Below are positions 27,468-37,327 of a DNA stretch of 64,000 nucleotides, piece by piece; positions within the stretch are counted from its first letter, which is position 1, and every line of letters begins with the position of its first letter. This DNA comes from an uncultured Verrucomicrobiae bacterium. Its GTDB lineage: Bacteria; Chlamydiota; Chlamydiia; Chlamydiales; Rhabdochlamydiaceae. Where the stretch lies: contig OY970364.1 in the NCBI GenBank assembly GCA_963718565.1, positions 1,792,001-1,856,000 on the forward strand, read 5' to 3'. Made by a program: the position numbers and the translations under genes. The notes beneath the pieces are model-generated. The model was not told where the DNA came from and made no database searches. It was given only the letters and a program-made list of their open reading frames with translations.

Positions 27468-29128
27468 TAAAAAATGTTCTACAGAACATAGTGGCCTTAG
27501 AGTCAGTCCACAAACAGGTTTGTGGACTGACCCTTATCGCCAAAGAGTTTGTTTGGGGGAAAGTTCAATGATTTATTGGTTCAATAGCTTATGTGCTTTG
27601 ACGCTGACCAGCGCAGGTATTTTGGCTGATGAAAATCTTTTGCTTCAAACTGAGGAGATCTCTTCTCATCAAGCTGAGGAATCTGTTCCCCAACAAACGC
27701 TAGAAAAAGAAAGATGTAAAGGCCCTCATCATCGATGGGCTTCTGTGCGTTATACGACCCCTGAAGGTATCGGCTACAAGAACGGCTACACTACCTTGGA
27801 AGGCTTTTTTACTCCTAGGAATCTGCCCAAAGATGCCTGGATTCCCTTTTTGGATCTGCGCGGGCATGTCTTCGATAACGGTAAACTGGCTGCAAATGCA
27901 GGATTAGGACTGCGTTACTTGGCCCGTTCACGTGTATGGGGAGTGAATGCTTATTATGATTATCGCAACACCGAACGCCAGCACTACAATCAAGTCGCTG
28001 TAGGGCTTGAGTCCTTGGGAAGAGTTTGGGATTTCCGCATGAATGGTTACCTTCCTGTAGGCAGAAAGCAAAGCCCATTTTCTCATCCCAAATTTGTTGC
28101 TTTTGAAGAACACGCCATGCTCATCAAAAGAAAGCGCAATTTTGCGATGAAAGGCGCCAATGCTGAAATGGGAGTCCATGTCGATCATTTTGAAAACGCA
28201 CCCCTCTACTTTGCAGCAGGCCCTTACTATTTGACTGGAGTAGGGGCGAGCACTTGGGGAGGGGAACTACGCGGCGCTGTCGATTTATTCCGCCGTTATC
28301 TTCGCATAGAAGGCAACGTCTCCTATGACCATTTCTTTGGATGGGTCGGTCAGGCGCAAGCCAGCATTAATATCCCTTTTGGAAGAAGATGGAAAGTAGA
28401 AAAAAAAGAGGATCGATCCTGTTCAAAAATGGCAACTTTATATGCGCGCGCCATGCAACGAGTCGATCGCTATGAAATCATTCCCGTTGGCAAACAAAAA
28501 GTTACCTCGCGTGCCATTGATCCTGCGACAGGAAAACCCTGGTTCTTCTGGTTCGTGGACAATACGAGCTCTTCAGCTGGAACGTTTGAAGATCCCTTCC
28601 CCACGCTTTTGGCTGCACAGAATGCTTCCCTCCCAAACCAAGGCATCTACGTATTCCCTGGAGATGGAACCACTCGAGGGATGAATAGCGGGATTACCCT
28701 GCAAAATGGGCAGATATTCTTAGGCGCCGGCGTACAGCAATCTGTGGTAACGGCAGCGGGGACCGTCGTCGTCCCTCCACTCGCATCCAGTTCGCCCAAT
28801 ATCACCAATACCGCTGGCAACATTGTGACTTTAGCAAATAATAATGCCGTTTCAGGGTTTAATGTGTTGGTACAACACGGATATGGTCTTGTAGGAACTG
28901 GGATCTCCAATCTTTTTGCCGGTCAGAATGCCTTTATCGCAAGCAACCCCAACTTCGATGGAATCAATTTGGTTAATCCTTCTGGACAAGTCTTTATCAG
29001 TGATAGTTCTTTTACTGGATTTTCTTGTACTAATATAGGGCACCACGGCAATGGAATCTATCTGGAGCTTGATGCTGGTTCCATGCTTGCTAGTTTGAGT
29101 ATCACGGGAAATTCTTTGAGTCACTTTA
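27468..29128 (+). repeat. Left arm of a 1661-bp near-perfect inverted repeat (partner 35635-37295)
   Basis: Both boundaries were matched by eye and give equal lengths. Only one amino-acid difference (Y/H) is seen between the encoded proteins in this span. Confidence 0.9.
27500..27533. mobile_element. Collapsed family B element (34 bp) with TTA duplication
   Basis: TTA GAGTCAGTCCACAAAC-AG-GTTTGTGGACTGACCC TTA; mirror copy at about 37230-37263. Confidence 0.8.
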
Positions 29129-29868
29129 CTAAAACCAACACTAGTTTCGGCGGTCATGGTGTTTTCTTGAACATGAATGGGGGTGCCTTAGGTGCAGCGA
29201 TAGTTTTCAATAATGCTTTTAGCAACTTCTCTAACAGCTCTCAGGCAATTAATATCCTTTTTGATGGTGTATTCGATAATTTAAATATCTCAAGTTGCTC
29301 TTTTAATAATATGAATCAGAGTAACGCCATTTTCATATCCATCGACTCTGGCGTTCTGGACAACCTAAACATATCGGATTGTCTCTTTAGCAATATCTCA
29401 GGAGCCATTGCTATTAGGGCCGATATAGATGACGGTGTTATCAATCATTTCAATGTTTCTAACAATGCCTTCGAAAATCTGAGTAATAGCCATGCCTGTA
29501 CATTTCAACTTGGGCTTAATGCGATCAACGACCTTAGCGTATCAGGAAATTCTTTCAATAATTTCAATTCTTCGAGCACTGCCATTTCTTATACCCTGTT
29601 CTTTCCAGGAAGTGCTTCACTGCAGGTGCTAGATAATACTTTTATTGGCGGCAACAATGAAGGGACTGGTTACGCAGCCTATATTCAGACGTATGGCTCA
29701 TTGTGTTTAGAATTTATTGGCAATAGCGCGACGCCTGCTAATAACCCAATTCCCTATTCGTTACTTAATTTGGGGGGGACATTCAATAGGACTACTGGAT
29801 CAGACAACACGACAAATATAGGCCAATTCCAATTAACAGACGTAAACCCACCGGGCTCTTGTCCTTAA
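27568..29868 (+). CDS. Inverse-autotransporter beta-barrel protein with beta-helix passenger (inverted pair, variant A)
   Basis: Signal peptide MIYWFNSLCALTLTSAGILA; barrel motifs GVNAYYD, Q..VGLESLG, DFRMNGYLPVG; LDNLNIS beta-helix repeats. Confidence 0.78.
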   Translation: MIYWFNSLCALTLTSAGILADENLLLQTEEISSHQAEESVPQQTLEKERCKGPHHRWASVRYTTPEGIGYKNGYTTLEGFFTPRNLPKDAWIPFLDLRGHVFDNGKLAANAGLGLRYLARSRVWGVNAYYDYRNTERQHYNQVAVGLESLGRVWDFRMNGYLPVGRKQSPFSHPKFVAFEEHAMLIKRKRNFAMKGANAEMGVHVDHFENAPLYFAAGPYYLTGVGASTWGGELRGAVDLFRRYLRIEGNVSYDHFFGWVGQAQASINIPFGRRWKVEKKEDRSCSKMATLYARAMQRVDRYEIIPVGKQKVTSRAIDPATGKPWFFWFVDNTSSSAGTFEDPFPTLLAAQNASLPNQGIYVFPGDGTTRGMNSGITLQNGQIFLGAGVQQSVVTAAGTVVVPPLASSSPNITNTAGNIVTLANNNAVSGFNVLVQHGYGLVGTGISNLFAGQNAFIASNPNFDGINLVNPSGQVFISDSSFTGFSCTNIGHHGNGIYLELDAGSMLASLSITGNSLSHFTKTNTSFGGHGVFLNMNGGALGAAIVFNNAFSNFSNSSQAINILFDGVFDNLNISSCSFNNMNQSNAIFISIDSGVLDNLNISDCLFSNISGAIAIRADIDDGVINHFNVSNNAFENLSNSHACTFQLGLNAINDLSVSGNSFNNFNSSSTAISYTLFFPGSASLQVLDNTFIGGNNEGTGYAAYIQTYGSLCLEFIGNSATPANNPIPYSLLNLGGTFNRTTGSDNTTNIGQFQLTDVNPPGSCP

Positions 29869-29886
29869 TTTATTTGTGCAACAAAG

Positions 29887-31233
29887 TTATTGTTCAATTC
29901 TCGCTTTGATTTTCATGATATACCCTAAGCTGATGCCCATGTGAACCCAAATGTAGCTTCTGAAGAGCCCTTGATTAATTTGCAAACACACAAGAGAAAC
30001 GATGACCGAGATCAGCAATGCAAGCACATTTGTTTTTTCTTCTGGGAGAATCTTCTCATGCCTAAGAAGGCTTTTAAATTGCTTCCATATCAGGATGAGA
30101 AATACACCAAATCCAATCAGTCCATAAATTCCCAAGGAACCTAAAATTTCACTGAATACGTTCGTAGGCTCAAAACTGAAAAGATGCGCTATTGCTTTTT
30201 TTTCAAGAGTCCTTTGATCAAAAAAATCTATCGAAGGAACGTTGACGCCATATTGTGCGTATAAATAAGAGCTGATTCCCCCAATGCCGACTCCAAAACA
30301 GGGATTCTCCATAAAAGCTTGTAGAGCAGAAAAAATTCCGCTGAACCGAATAAAAAAAGATTCATGCGTAATGCCTGCGTAGAAGAATTTGAGAAAAGTT
30401 CTTTTAAAAAGCTCGAAAAAAGCAATACTACTCAGCAGAAATGAAGCAAAAAATAACGCTGTGATTTTTAATAGTTTTTTTCTCGATTTAAAAAAACAAG
30501 ATTTTAAAAATGGATATCGAGGGAAAAAAAATACGACTAAGAAAAACACGAAGTAAGAAATGGCCGCAGTCGTCGTTGTCGAGATGAGAAGAAAAAGATT
30601 AGCGATGAAGAGCAAGCATCGATTCTTCATTTTGTTTAAAGTCGGTGGCAAAGAATGCCTTTTTCCATAGCTGCGCTCTTCTGCTTTCATTGAGCTTACA
30701 AATAGGTGCTTAGCATTTAAAAAGACAATAAAAGGAATAGAATAAAGAGCGTAAAAAGAGGGTTCGAGAGCAAACGCGGATCCCCTTGCGAAGATGATTT
30801 TTTGAGTTGTAAAGGGAAGGGTGATCCCAAAAATGGAAAAGAAAAACTGTAGGAATGCATAAGATCCTATAATAAAAAAAGAGCTGACATAAGATTTAAG
30901 CAGCTTCTTTTCATCGCCAAACCACATGAAATTAAATGGGATTAGAAAATAAACACAAAATGAAAAAAAATAAATTAGGCTGTAGGCCAACGATCGGAAT
31001 GTTACGATGCTTTTAAGTGAGGAAATGATCATGGAGGATAAAATCAACAAAAAACAAAAAAACATTGTTTTTTCAATGACTATCTTTCTGCAACAGAAGT
31101 AGATGCAAAAGATTAAAAATCCAATGAGGTGTGGAAGCTTGAGTTGAAAACCAGAGAGTGAAATACTGATTAAATCAGCAGAGGTGACTAATAAGTAAAA
31201 AAAGAAAAAAAGCAAAAAAATGTTCTTTTTCAA
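29887..31233 (-). CDS. Wzy/O-antigen ligase-like polysaccharide polymerase
   Basis: Very hydrophobic and AT-rich; RGSAFALEPS and P.FGVGIG motifs. Confidence 0.7.
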   Translation of the reverse strand: MKKNIFLLFFFFYLLVTSADLISISLSGFQLKLPHLIGFLIFCIYFCCRKIVIEKTMFFCFLLILSSMIISSLKSIVTFRSLAYSLIYFFSFCVYFLIPFNFMWFGDEKKLLKSYVSSFFIIGSYAFLQFFFSIFGITLPFTTQKIIFARGSAFALEPSFYALYSIPFIVFLNAKHLFVSSMKAEERSYGKRHSLPPTLNKMKNRCLLFIANLFLLISTTTTAAISYFVFFLVVFFFPRYPFLKSCFFKSRKKLLKITALFFASFLLSSIAFFELFKRTFLKFFYAGITHESFFIRFSGIFSALQAFMENPCFGVGIGGISSYLYAQYGVNVPSIDFFDQRTLEKKAIAHLFSFEPTNVFSEILGSLGIYGLIGFGVFLILIWKQFKSLLRHEKILPEEKTNVLALLISVIVSLVCLQINQGLFRSYIWVHMGISLGYIMKIKARIEQ

Positions 31234-32639
31234 ACAGAGCTCAAACTTTCTTGATGGCGGCCATAGATATCATCCAAACGGATGATATCATCTTCACCCA
31301 CATACTCCCCGACTTGAACTTCGATGAGCTCTAGCGCAACTTTGCCCGGATTTTCCAATCGATGCACTTCCGATTTCGGGACATAAATGCTCTCGTTTTC
31401 ATGAACGAGCACTTCCTTATCGCCAATAGTGACTTTAGCAGTCCCTTTAACGACGATCCAATGCTCGCTGCGATGGTAATGCATCTGCAGGCTCAATCGA
31501 TGGCCTGGATCGACGACAATCCGTTTAATCTTGTAGCGAATACCTTCTTCGAGAACTGTGAACTTGCCCCAAGGGCGATGCGACGTCAAATTCTCAAACG
31601 GCTCTTTAGCATTTCTTTTTTTTAATTCGTCGACAAGATTCTTGACGCGCTGGGATTCTCCTTTTTTCCCGATGAACAGCGCATCATCCGTCTCGATGAC
31701 GAGCAAATCCTTAAGCCCGATGGTAGAAATCAGATGCTTGCTTCCCATGATGAGGCAATTGTGCGTATCGATGTCGAGGACGTTTCCAATTTTAGCATTG
31801 TGATTCTCATCTTTTTCGAGAAGTTCGTAAACACTATCCCAAGACCCGACATCCGACCAAGTGACGTCCAATGGAATCATCACGGTCTTTTTTGATTTTT
31901 CCATCAAAGCGTAATCAATGGAAATGTCGGGCATTTCCGCAAATTCTGCTAGGCACTGCTCAAAAGGATGTTGCAGCTTCCCAGAAATGATAGGGCAATG
32001 TTCCTGCATTTCTTGCATAAATGTCCCGACATTAAAAAGAAAAATCCCCGAGTTCCAAAGATAATGGCCATCGAGAAGGTACTGCTCGGCGAGTTCAAGG
32101 CTGGGCTTTTCAACAAATTCATCCACTTCATAAATGTCGGGTTCAAGAGATCGCTTAGCTTTGATATAACCATAACCTATCTCAGGCTTATGAGGACGAA
32201 TGCCAAAGATCACATTGTTGCCTTTTTTCGCAAGCGTTTCCCCTTTTGCAATGGTATCTAAAAACTTTTCCTGAGGTGAAATAAAATGATCGGAGGAAGA
32301 AACCAAAATCGTCTCACTTAAGGAAATCACTCCGATCTTTTGAAGATAGGCAATCGCTAAGGCAATCGCTGGGGCAGTATTTCTGCGTTCAGGTTCGATA
32401 AGAATTTGATTTTCTAATTCAGGAGTAATCTCACACACTTGGGTCTTTACAAGATGATAGTAAGCTTGATTCGTGACGATGAGAAGGTCTGCGTACCGAT
32501 AGCGACCTACAAAGCGCTCGATTGTTTTTTGCAGAAGTGATTTTTGATCTCCAAAATGCAAAAATTGTTTAGGGAAACAACTTCTGGAATAGGGCCAAAG
32601 CCGAGTCCCGCTACCGCCAGCGAGAATGATGATTTTCAT
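31230..32639 (-). CDS. manC: Mannose-1-phosphate guanylyltransferase / mannose-6-phosphate isomerase
   Basis: ILAGGSGTRLWP.SR...PKQF, WSDVGSW, RPWG, SLQMH.HRSEHW motifs. Confidence 0.93.
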   Translation of the reverse strand: MKIIILAGGSGTRLWPYSRSCFPKQFLHFGDQKSLLQKTIERFVGRYRYADLLIVTNQAYYHLVKTQVCEITPELENQILIEPERRNTAPAIALAIAYLQKIGVISLSETILVSSSDHFISPQEKFLDTIAKGETLAKKGNNVIFGIRPHKPEIGYGYIKAKRSLEPDIYEVDEFVEKPSLELAEQYLLDGHYLWNSGIFLFNVGTFMQEMQEHCPIISGKLQHPFEQCLAEFAEMPDISIDYALMEKSKKTVMIPLDVTWSDVGSWDSVYELLEKDENHNAKIGNVLDIDTHNCLIMGSKHLISTIGLKDLLVIETDDALFIGKKGESQRVKNLVDELKKRNAKEPFENLTSHRPWGKFTVLEEGIRYKIKRIVVDPGHRLSLQMHYHRSEHWIVVKGTAKVTIGDKEVLVHENESIYVPKSEVHRLENPGKVALELIEVQVGEYVGEDDIIRLDDIYGRHQESLSSV

Positions 32640-33735
32640 GAAACTCCCCCAATTTTCGCGTGACAAAATCTTGAAATTCTTTTTGAAAACGCGCTTTATT
32701 AAATTTCTGAGCATTCTCACGAAGGATTTTAGGATCAAACTCCATGCGATCGAACTCGCTCAAGATTTTTAGCAAACTTGGAATTGTTTGCGCATCAAAA
32801 AATAGACCTGTTTTTCCTTCGATCACGGTTTCTAACGTCGCTCCTCGACCAAAAGCGATGACAGGCGTGCCAGCAGCTTGGGCTTCGACAACGACAATGC
32901 CAAAATCTTCTTCAGCAGCAAAGATAAAGGCTTTTGCCCTTTTCATATAATCGCGAACGACAGAATCGCTTTGATGCCCTAAAATCTCAATGTTTTTGCT
33001 CGCTTTTTGTTTCACCTTCGCCATTTCGGGCCCATCGCCGATGACAACCAATTTTCTTTCAGGAGTTTGAGAAAAAGCTTCGACAATGAGATCCATCTTT
33101 TTGTAGGGCACCAAGCGAGAAACTGTGAGATAAAAGTTCTCTTTGGCCCCTTGATAGGGGATTTCTTCAACATTGACTGGCGGATAAATGACCTCAGAAT
33201 CGCGTCCATACACTTTTTTGATGCGTTTTGCAATATAATGGGAAATCGCAGCGAAATGGTCGACGCGATTTAAGGAGGCAATGTCCCAATTTCTTAAACG
33301 GTGCAAAACAAGTCGCGTGAGAAATTTTTGCAACGGGCCTAACTCTTCCAAATAACACTGTGCCAGTTCCCAAGCATAGCGCATAGGAGTGAGACAATAA
33401 CACAGGTGAAGTTGTCCAGGATGAGTGAGGGCACCTTTAGCAACAGCATGCGAGGTGGAAATGACAAGCTCGTAGTGGTTCAAATTGAATTGCTCAATTG
33501 CCAAGGGGAAAAAAGGAAGCAAATAGCGATAACAAGAAGTAGAAAAAGGAATTTTTTGCAGGAAGGAAGTATGGATTTCCGCTTTGGAGAGTGCAGTTTT
33601 TGCCAGCGCTTTGTCACAATAGACAAGGCTGTAAATCGGAGCAGGAAAGGATTCGTAAATCGCTTCCAGTGTTTTTTCTCCGCCGCCAACAGTGACGAGC
33701 CACTCATAAACGAGCGCTGTTTTAACATCTTTCAT
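32611..33735 (-). CDS. GT4 glycosyltransferase (WbaZ-like mannosyltransferase)
   Basis: GGGEK, Y..TPMRYAW, SRLVPYK, EEDFGIV.VEAQA.GTPVIA motifs. Confidence 0.88.
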   Translation of the reverse strand: MKDVKTALVYEWLVTVGGGEKTLEAIYESFPAPIYSLVYCDKALAKTALSKAEIHTSFLQKIPFSTSCYRYLLPFFPLAIEQFNLNHYELVISTSHAVAKGALTHPGQLHLCYCLTPMRYAWELAQCYLEELGPLQKFLTRLVLHRLRNWDIASLNRVDHFAAISHYIAKRIKKVYGRDSEVIYPPVNVEEIPYQGAKENFYLTVSRLVPYKKMDLIVEAFSQTPERKLVVIGDGPEMAKVKQKASKNIEILGHQSDSVVRDYMKRAKAFIFAAEEDFGIVVVEAQAAGTPVIAFGRGATLETVIEGKTGLFFDAQTIPSLLKILSEFDRMEFDPKILRENAQKFNKARFQKEFQDFVTRKLGEFHENHHSRWR

Positions 33736-33760
33736 CCGTCCTCCGGCGGAAACCCGACCC

Positions 33761-34813
33761 TTAAAGCCTGGGTTCACTGACAAGTTCTCGCGCCGAGCTT
33801 CGGACAAGTTCGAGATCGTGTTTCATCATCACTTGCACGAGTTCTTTAAGAGGGGTTTTAGAGGACCAGCCGAGTTTTTGCTTTGCTTTGCTAGAATCGC
33901 CAACCAAAAGGTCAACCTCGGAGGGCCTGAAGAATTCGGGAGAAATTTCGACGATTAGGCGGCCAGAATTTTTATCATGGCCTTTCTCATGGATACCGCG
34001 TCCCGACCATTCGATTTCCATGCCAATCTCATCAAAAGCAAGTTTCACAAATTCGCGAACAGTCGTTGTTTCTCCAGTAGCAAGGACATAATCCTCAGGC
34101 CTAGCTTGCTGCAGCATGAGCCACATTCCTTCCACGAAATCTTTTGCATATCCCCAATCGCGTTTTGCATCGAGGTTGCCAAGAACGAGCTTATCCTGCA
34201 AACCTGCGGCAATTTTTGCAACGGCCAGAGTAATTTTCCGCGAAACGAAAGTTTCACCTCTTCGCGGGCTTTCATGATTAAACAAAATGCCGTTGCAGGC
34301 GTAGAGATTATAAGCTTCTCTATAGTTCACGATCGCCCAATACGCATAGAGCTTGGCCACCCCATAAGGAGAGCGAGGATAGAAAGGCGTTGTCTCAGAC
34401 TGAGGGATTTGTTGGGCTTTGCCATAAAGTTCCGATGTCGATGCTTGATAAAGACGTGTATGAGGAGAATTTTTACGTACGGACTCTAAAAGTCTAAGAA
34501 CGCCCACCCCAGCGATATTGGCGGTGTATTCTGGAATATCAAAAGAGACTCTCACATGGCTCATCGCTGCTAAATTATAAATTTCATCCGGCTGAAGTAA
34601 GTCGACAAGCCGGTCCAAAGATGAGGAGTCTGCGAGATCCCCTTCGTGCAAGGTAATTTCCCGGGTGGGATCTAAGAGTGTTTGGATGCGAGATAAATTT
34701 GATGTGGAAGAGCGTCGAACAAGGCCATGGACATCATATCCTTTCTCCAAGAGGAGTTCTGCCAAATAAGAGCCATCCTGTCCTGTAATCCCCGTAATCA
34801 GAGCCTTTTTCAC
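33761..34813 (-). CDS. gmd: GDP-mannose 4,6-dehydratase
   Basis: [39 protein letters not shown] motifs. Confidence 0.96.
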   Translation of the reverse strand: MKKALITGITGQDGSYLAELLLEKGYDVHGLVRRSSTSNLSRIQTLLDPTREITLHEGDLADSSSLDRLVDLLQPDEIYNLAAMSHVRVSFDIPEYTANIAGVGVLRLLESVRKNSPHTRLYQASTSELYGKAQQIPQSETTPFYPRSPYGVAKLYAYWAIVNYREAYNLYACNGILFNHESPRRGETFVSRKITLAVAKIAAGLQDKLVLGNLDAKRDWGYAKDFVEGMWLMLQQARPEDYVLATGETTTVREFVKLAFDEIGMEIEWSGRGIHEKGHDKNSGRLIVEISPEFFRPSEVDLLVGDSSKAKQKLGWSSKTPLKELVQVMMKHDLELVRSSARELVSEPRL

Positions 34814-34897
34814 GTTTTCCTCTTTTGCATATTTGCGAAAAAATGGTCGAAAGATCAGATTACACGATTCGCGAAATTTTTTTCACGGGAATTACTG

Positions 34898-37195
34898 TTA
34901 AGGACAAGAGCCCGGTGGATTTACGTCTGTTAATTGGAACTGGCCTATATTTGTCGTATTGTCCGACCCAGTAGTCCTATTGAATGTCCCCCCAGAATTC
35001 GCGAAGAAATAAGGAGTGGGGCTACTAGCAGGCGTCGCGCTATTGCCAATAAATTCTAAACACAATGAGCCAGACGTCTGAATATCGGCTGCGTAACCAC
35101 TCACTTCATTGTTGCCGCCAATAAAAGTATTATCTAGCACCTGCAATGAAGCACTTTCTGGAGAGAACAGGTGATAAAAAATGGCAGTGCTCGAAGAATT
35201 GAGATTATAGAAAGAATTTCCTGATACGCTAAGGTCTTTGATCGGGTTAAGGGCAAGTTGAAATACAACGCCCATACTACTACTACTCAGATTTTCGAAG
35301 GCATTGTTAGAAACATTGAAATGATTGATAACACCATCTACAGAGGCATTAATAGCGCTGGATACTGAGAAATTGGTAAATAAACAATCCGATATGTTTA
35401 GGTTGTCCAGAATGCCAGAGTCGGTGGATATGAAAATGGCGCTAGTCTGACTGATGTTATTAAAAGAGCAACTTGAGATATTTAAATTATCGAGTGTACC
35501 ATTAACGACGACATAAATTGACATAGAGAAGTGGGAGAAATTATTAAAAGCATTATCGGAAATGATCGCTGCACCTAAGGCACCCCCATTCATGTTCAAG
35601 AAAACACCATTACCACCGTTACCATTGATTTCAATAAAGTGACTCAAAGAATTTCCCGTGATACTCAAACTAGCAAGCATGGAACCAGCATCAAGCTCCA
35701 GATAGATTCCATTGCCGTGGTGCCCTATATTAGTACAAGAAAATCCAGTAAAAGAACTATCACTGATAAAGACTTGTCCAGAAGGATTAACCAAATTGAT
35801 TCCATCGAAGTTGGGGTTGCTTGCGATAAAGGCATTCTGACCGGCAAAAAGATTGGAGATCCCAGTTCCTACAAGACCATATCCGTGTTGTACCAACACA
35901 TTAAACCCTGAAACGGCATTATTATTTGCTAAAGTCACAATGTTGCCAGCGGTATTGGTGATATTGGGCGAACTGGATGCGAGTGGAGGGACGACGACGG
36001 TCCCCGCTGCCGTTACCACAGATTGCTGTACGCCGGCGCCTAAGAATATCTGCCCATTTTGCAGGGTAATCCCGCTATTCATCCCTCGAGTGGTTCCATC
36101 TCCAGGGAATACGTAGATGCCTTGGTTTGGGAGGGAAGCATTCTGTGCAGCCAAAAGCGTGGGGAAGGGATCTTCAAACGTTCCAGCTGAAGAGCTCGTA
36201 TTGTCCACGAACCAGAAGAACCAGGGTTTTCCTGTCGCAGGATCAATGGCACGCGAGGTAACTTTTTGTTTGCCAACGGGAATGATTTCATAGCGATCGA
36301 CTCGTTGCATGGCGCGCGCATATAAAGTTGCCATTTTTGAACAGGATCGATCCTCTTTTTTTTCTACTTTCCATCTTCTTCCAAAAGGGATATTAATGCT
36401 GGCTTGCGCCTGACCGACCCATCCAAAGAAATGGTCATAGGAGACGTTGCCTTCTATGCGAAGATAACGGCGGAATAAATCGACAGCGCCGCGTAGTTCC
36501 CCTCCCCAAGTGCTCGCCCCTACTCCAGTCAAATAGTAAGGGCCTGCTGCAAAGTAGAGGGGTGCGTTTTCAAAATGATCGACATGGACTCCCATTTCAG
36601 CATTGGCGCCTTTCATCGCAAAATTGCGCTTTCTTTTGATGAGCATGGCGTGTTCTTCAAAAGCAACAAATTTGGGATGAGAAAATGGGCTTTGCTTTCT
36701 GCCTACAGGAAGGTAACCATTCATGCGGAAATCCCAAACTCTTCCCAAGGACTCAAGCCCTACAGCGACTTGATTGTAGTGCTGGCGTTCGGTGTTGCGA
36801 TAATCATAATAAGCATTCACTCCCCATACACGTGAACGGGCCAAGTAACGCAGTCCTAATCCTGCATTTGCAGCCAGTTTACCGTTATCGAAGACATGCC
36901 CGCGCAGATCCAAAAAGGGAATCCAGGCATCTTTGGGCAGATTCCTAGGAGTAAAAAAGCCTTCCAAGGTAGTGTAGCCGTTCTTGTAGCCGATACCTTC
37001 AGGGGTCGTATAACGCACAGAAGCCCATCGATGATGAGGGCCTTTACATCTTTCTTTTTCTAGCGTTTGTTGGGGAACAGATTCCTCAGCTTGATGAGAA
37101 GAGATCTCCTCAGTTTGAAGCAAAAGATTTTCATCAGCCAAAATACCTGCGCTGGTCAGCGTCAAAGCACATAAGCTATTGAACCAATGAATCAT
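34898..37195 (-). CDS. Inverse-autotransporter beta-barrel protein with beta-helix passenger (inverted pair, variant B)
   Basis: First ~520 aa essentially identical to variant A; C-terminal ~245 aa divergent in periodic patches. Confidence 0.78.
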   Translation of the reverse strand: MIHWFNSLCALTLTSAGILADENLLLQTEEISSHQAEESVPQQTLEKERCKGPHHRWASVRYTTPEGIGYKNGYTTLEGFFTPRNLPKDAWIPFLDLRGHVFDNGKLAANAGLGLRYLARSRVWGVNAYYDYRNTERQHYNQVAVGLESLGRVWDFRMNGYLPVGRKQSPFSHPKFVAFEEHAMLIKRKRNFAMKGANAEMGVHVDHFENAPLYFAAGPYYLTGVGASTWGGELRGAVDLFRRYLRIEGNVSYDHFFGWVGQAQASINIPFGRRWKVEKKEDRSCSKMATLYARAMQRVDRYEIIPVGKQKVTSRAIDPATGKPWFFWFVDNTSSSAGTFEDPFPTLLAAQNASLPNQGIYVFPGDGTTRGMNSGITLQNGQIFLGAGVQQSVVTAAGTVVVPPLASSSPNITNTAGNIVTLANNNAVSGFNVLVQHGYGLVGTGISNLFAGQNAFIASNPNFDGINLVNPSGQVFISDSSFTGFSCTNIGHHGNGIYLELDAGSMLASLSITGNSLSHFIEINGNGGNGVFLNMNGGALGAAIISDNAFNNFSHFSMSIYVVVNGTLDNLNISSCSFNNISQTSAIFISTDSGILDNLNISDCLFTNFSVSSAINASVDGVINHFNVSNNAFENLSSSSMGVVFQLALNPIKDLSVSGNSFYNLNSSSTAIFYHLFSPESASLQVLDNTFIGGNNEVSGYAADIQTSGSLCLEFIGNSATPASSPTPYFFANSGGTFNRTTGSDNTTNIGQFQLTDVNPPGSCP

Positions 37196-37295
37196 TGAAC
37201 TTTCCCCCAAACAAACTCTTTGGCGATAAGGGTCAGTCCACAAACCTGTTTGTGGACTGACTCTAAGGCCACTATGTTCTGTAGAACATTTTTTA
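35635..37295 (-). repeat. Right arm of the 1661-bp inverted repeat
   Basis: Reverse complement of 27468-29128. Confidence 0.9.
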
Positions 37296-37327
37296 GTAAA
37301 GTTTTCTGACTAATTTCCCCCAGAAAA

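Noticed and set aside
27520..27567. ORF-track N-terminal extensions (also 43272-43499, 49979-50263 and 32640-32738)
   Set aside because: They begin in repeat elements or overlap neighbouring genes; downstream ATGs give proper signal peptides or family-typical starts.
27568..37195. Diversity-generating retroelement (TR/VR pair) as the source of tip variation
   Set aside because: No reverse transcriptase in the window; differences include indels and non-adenine changes spread over ~700 bp; both copies are full genes.
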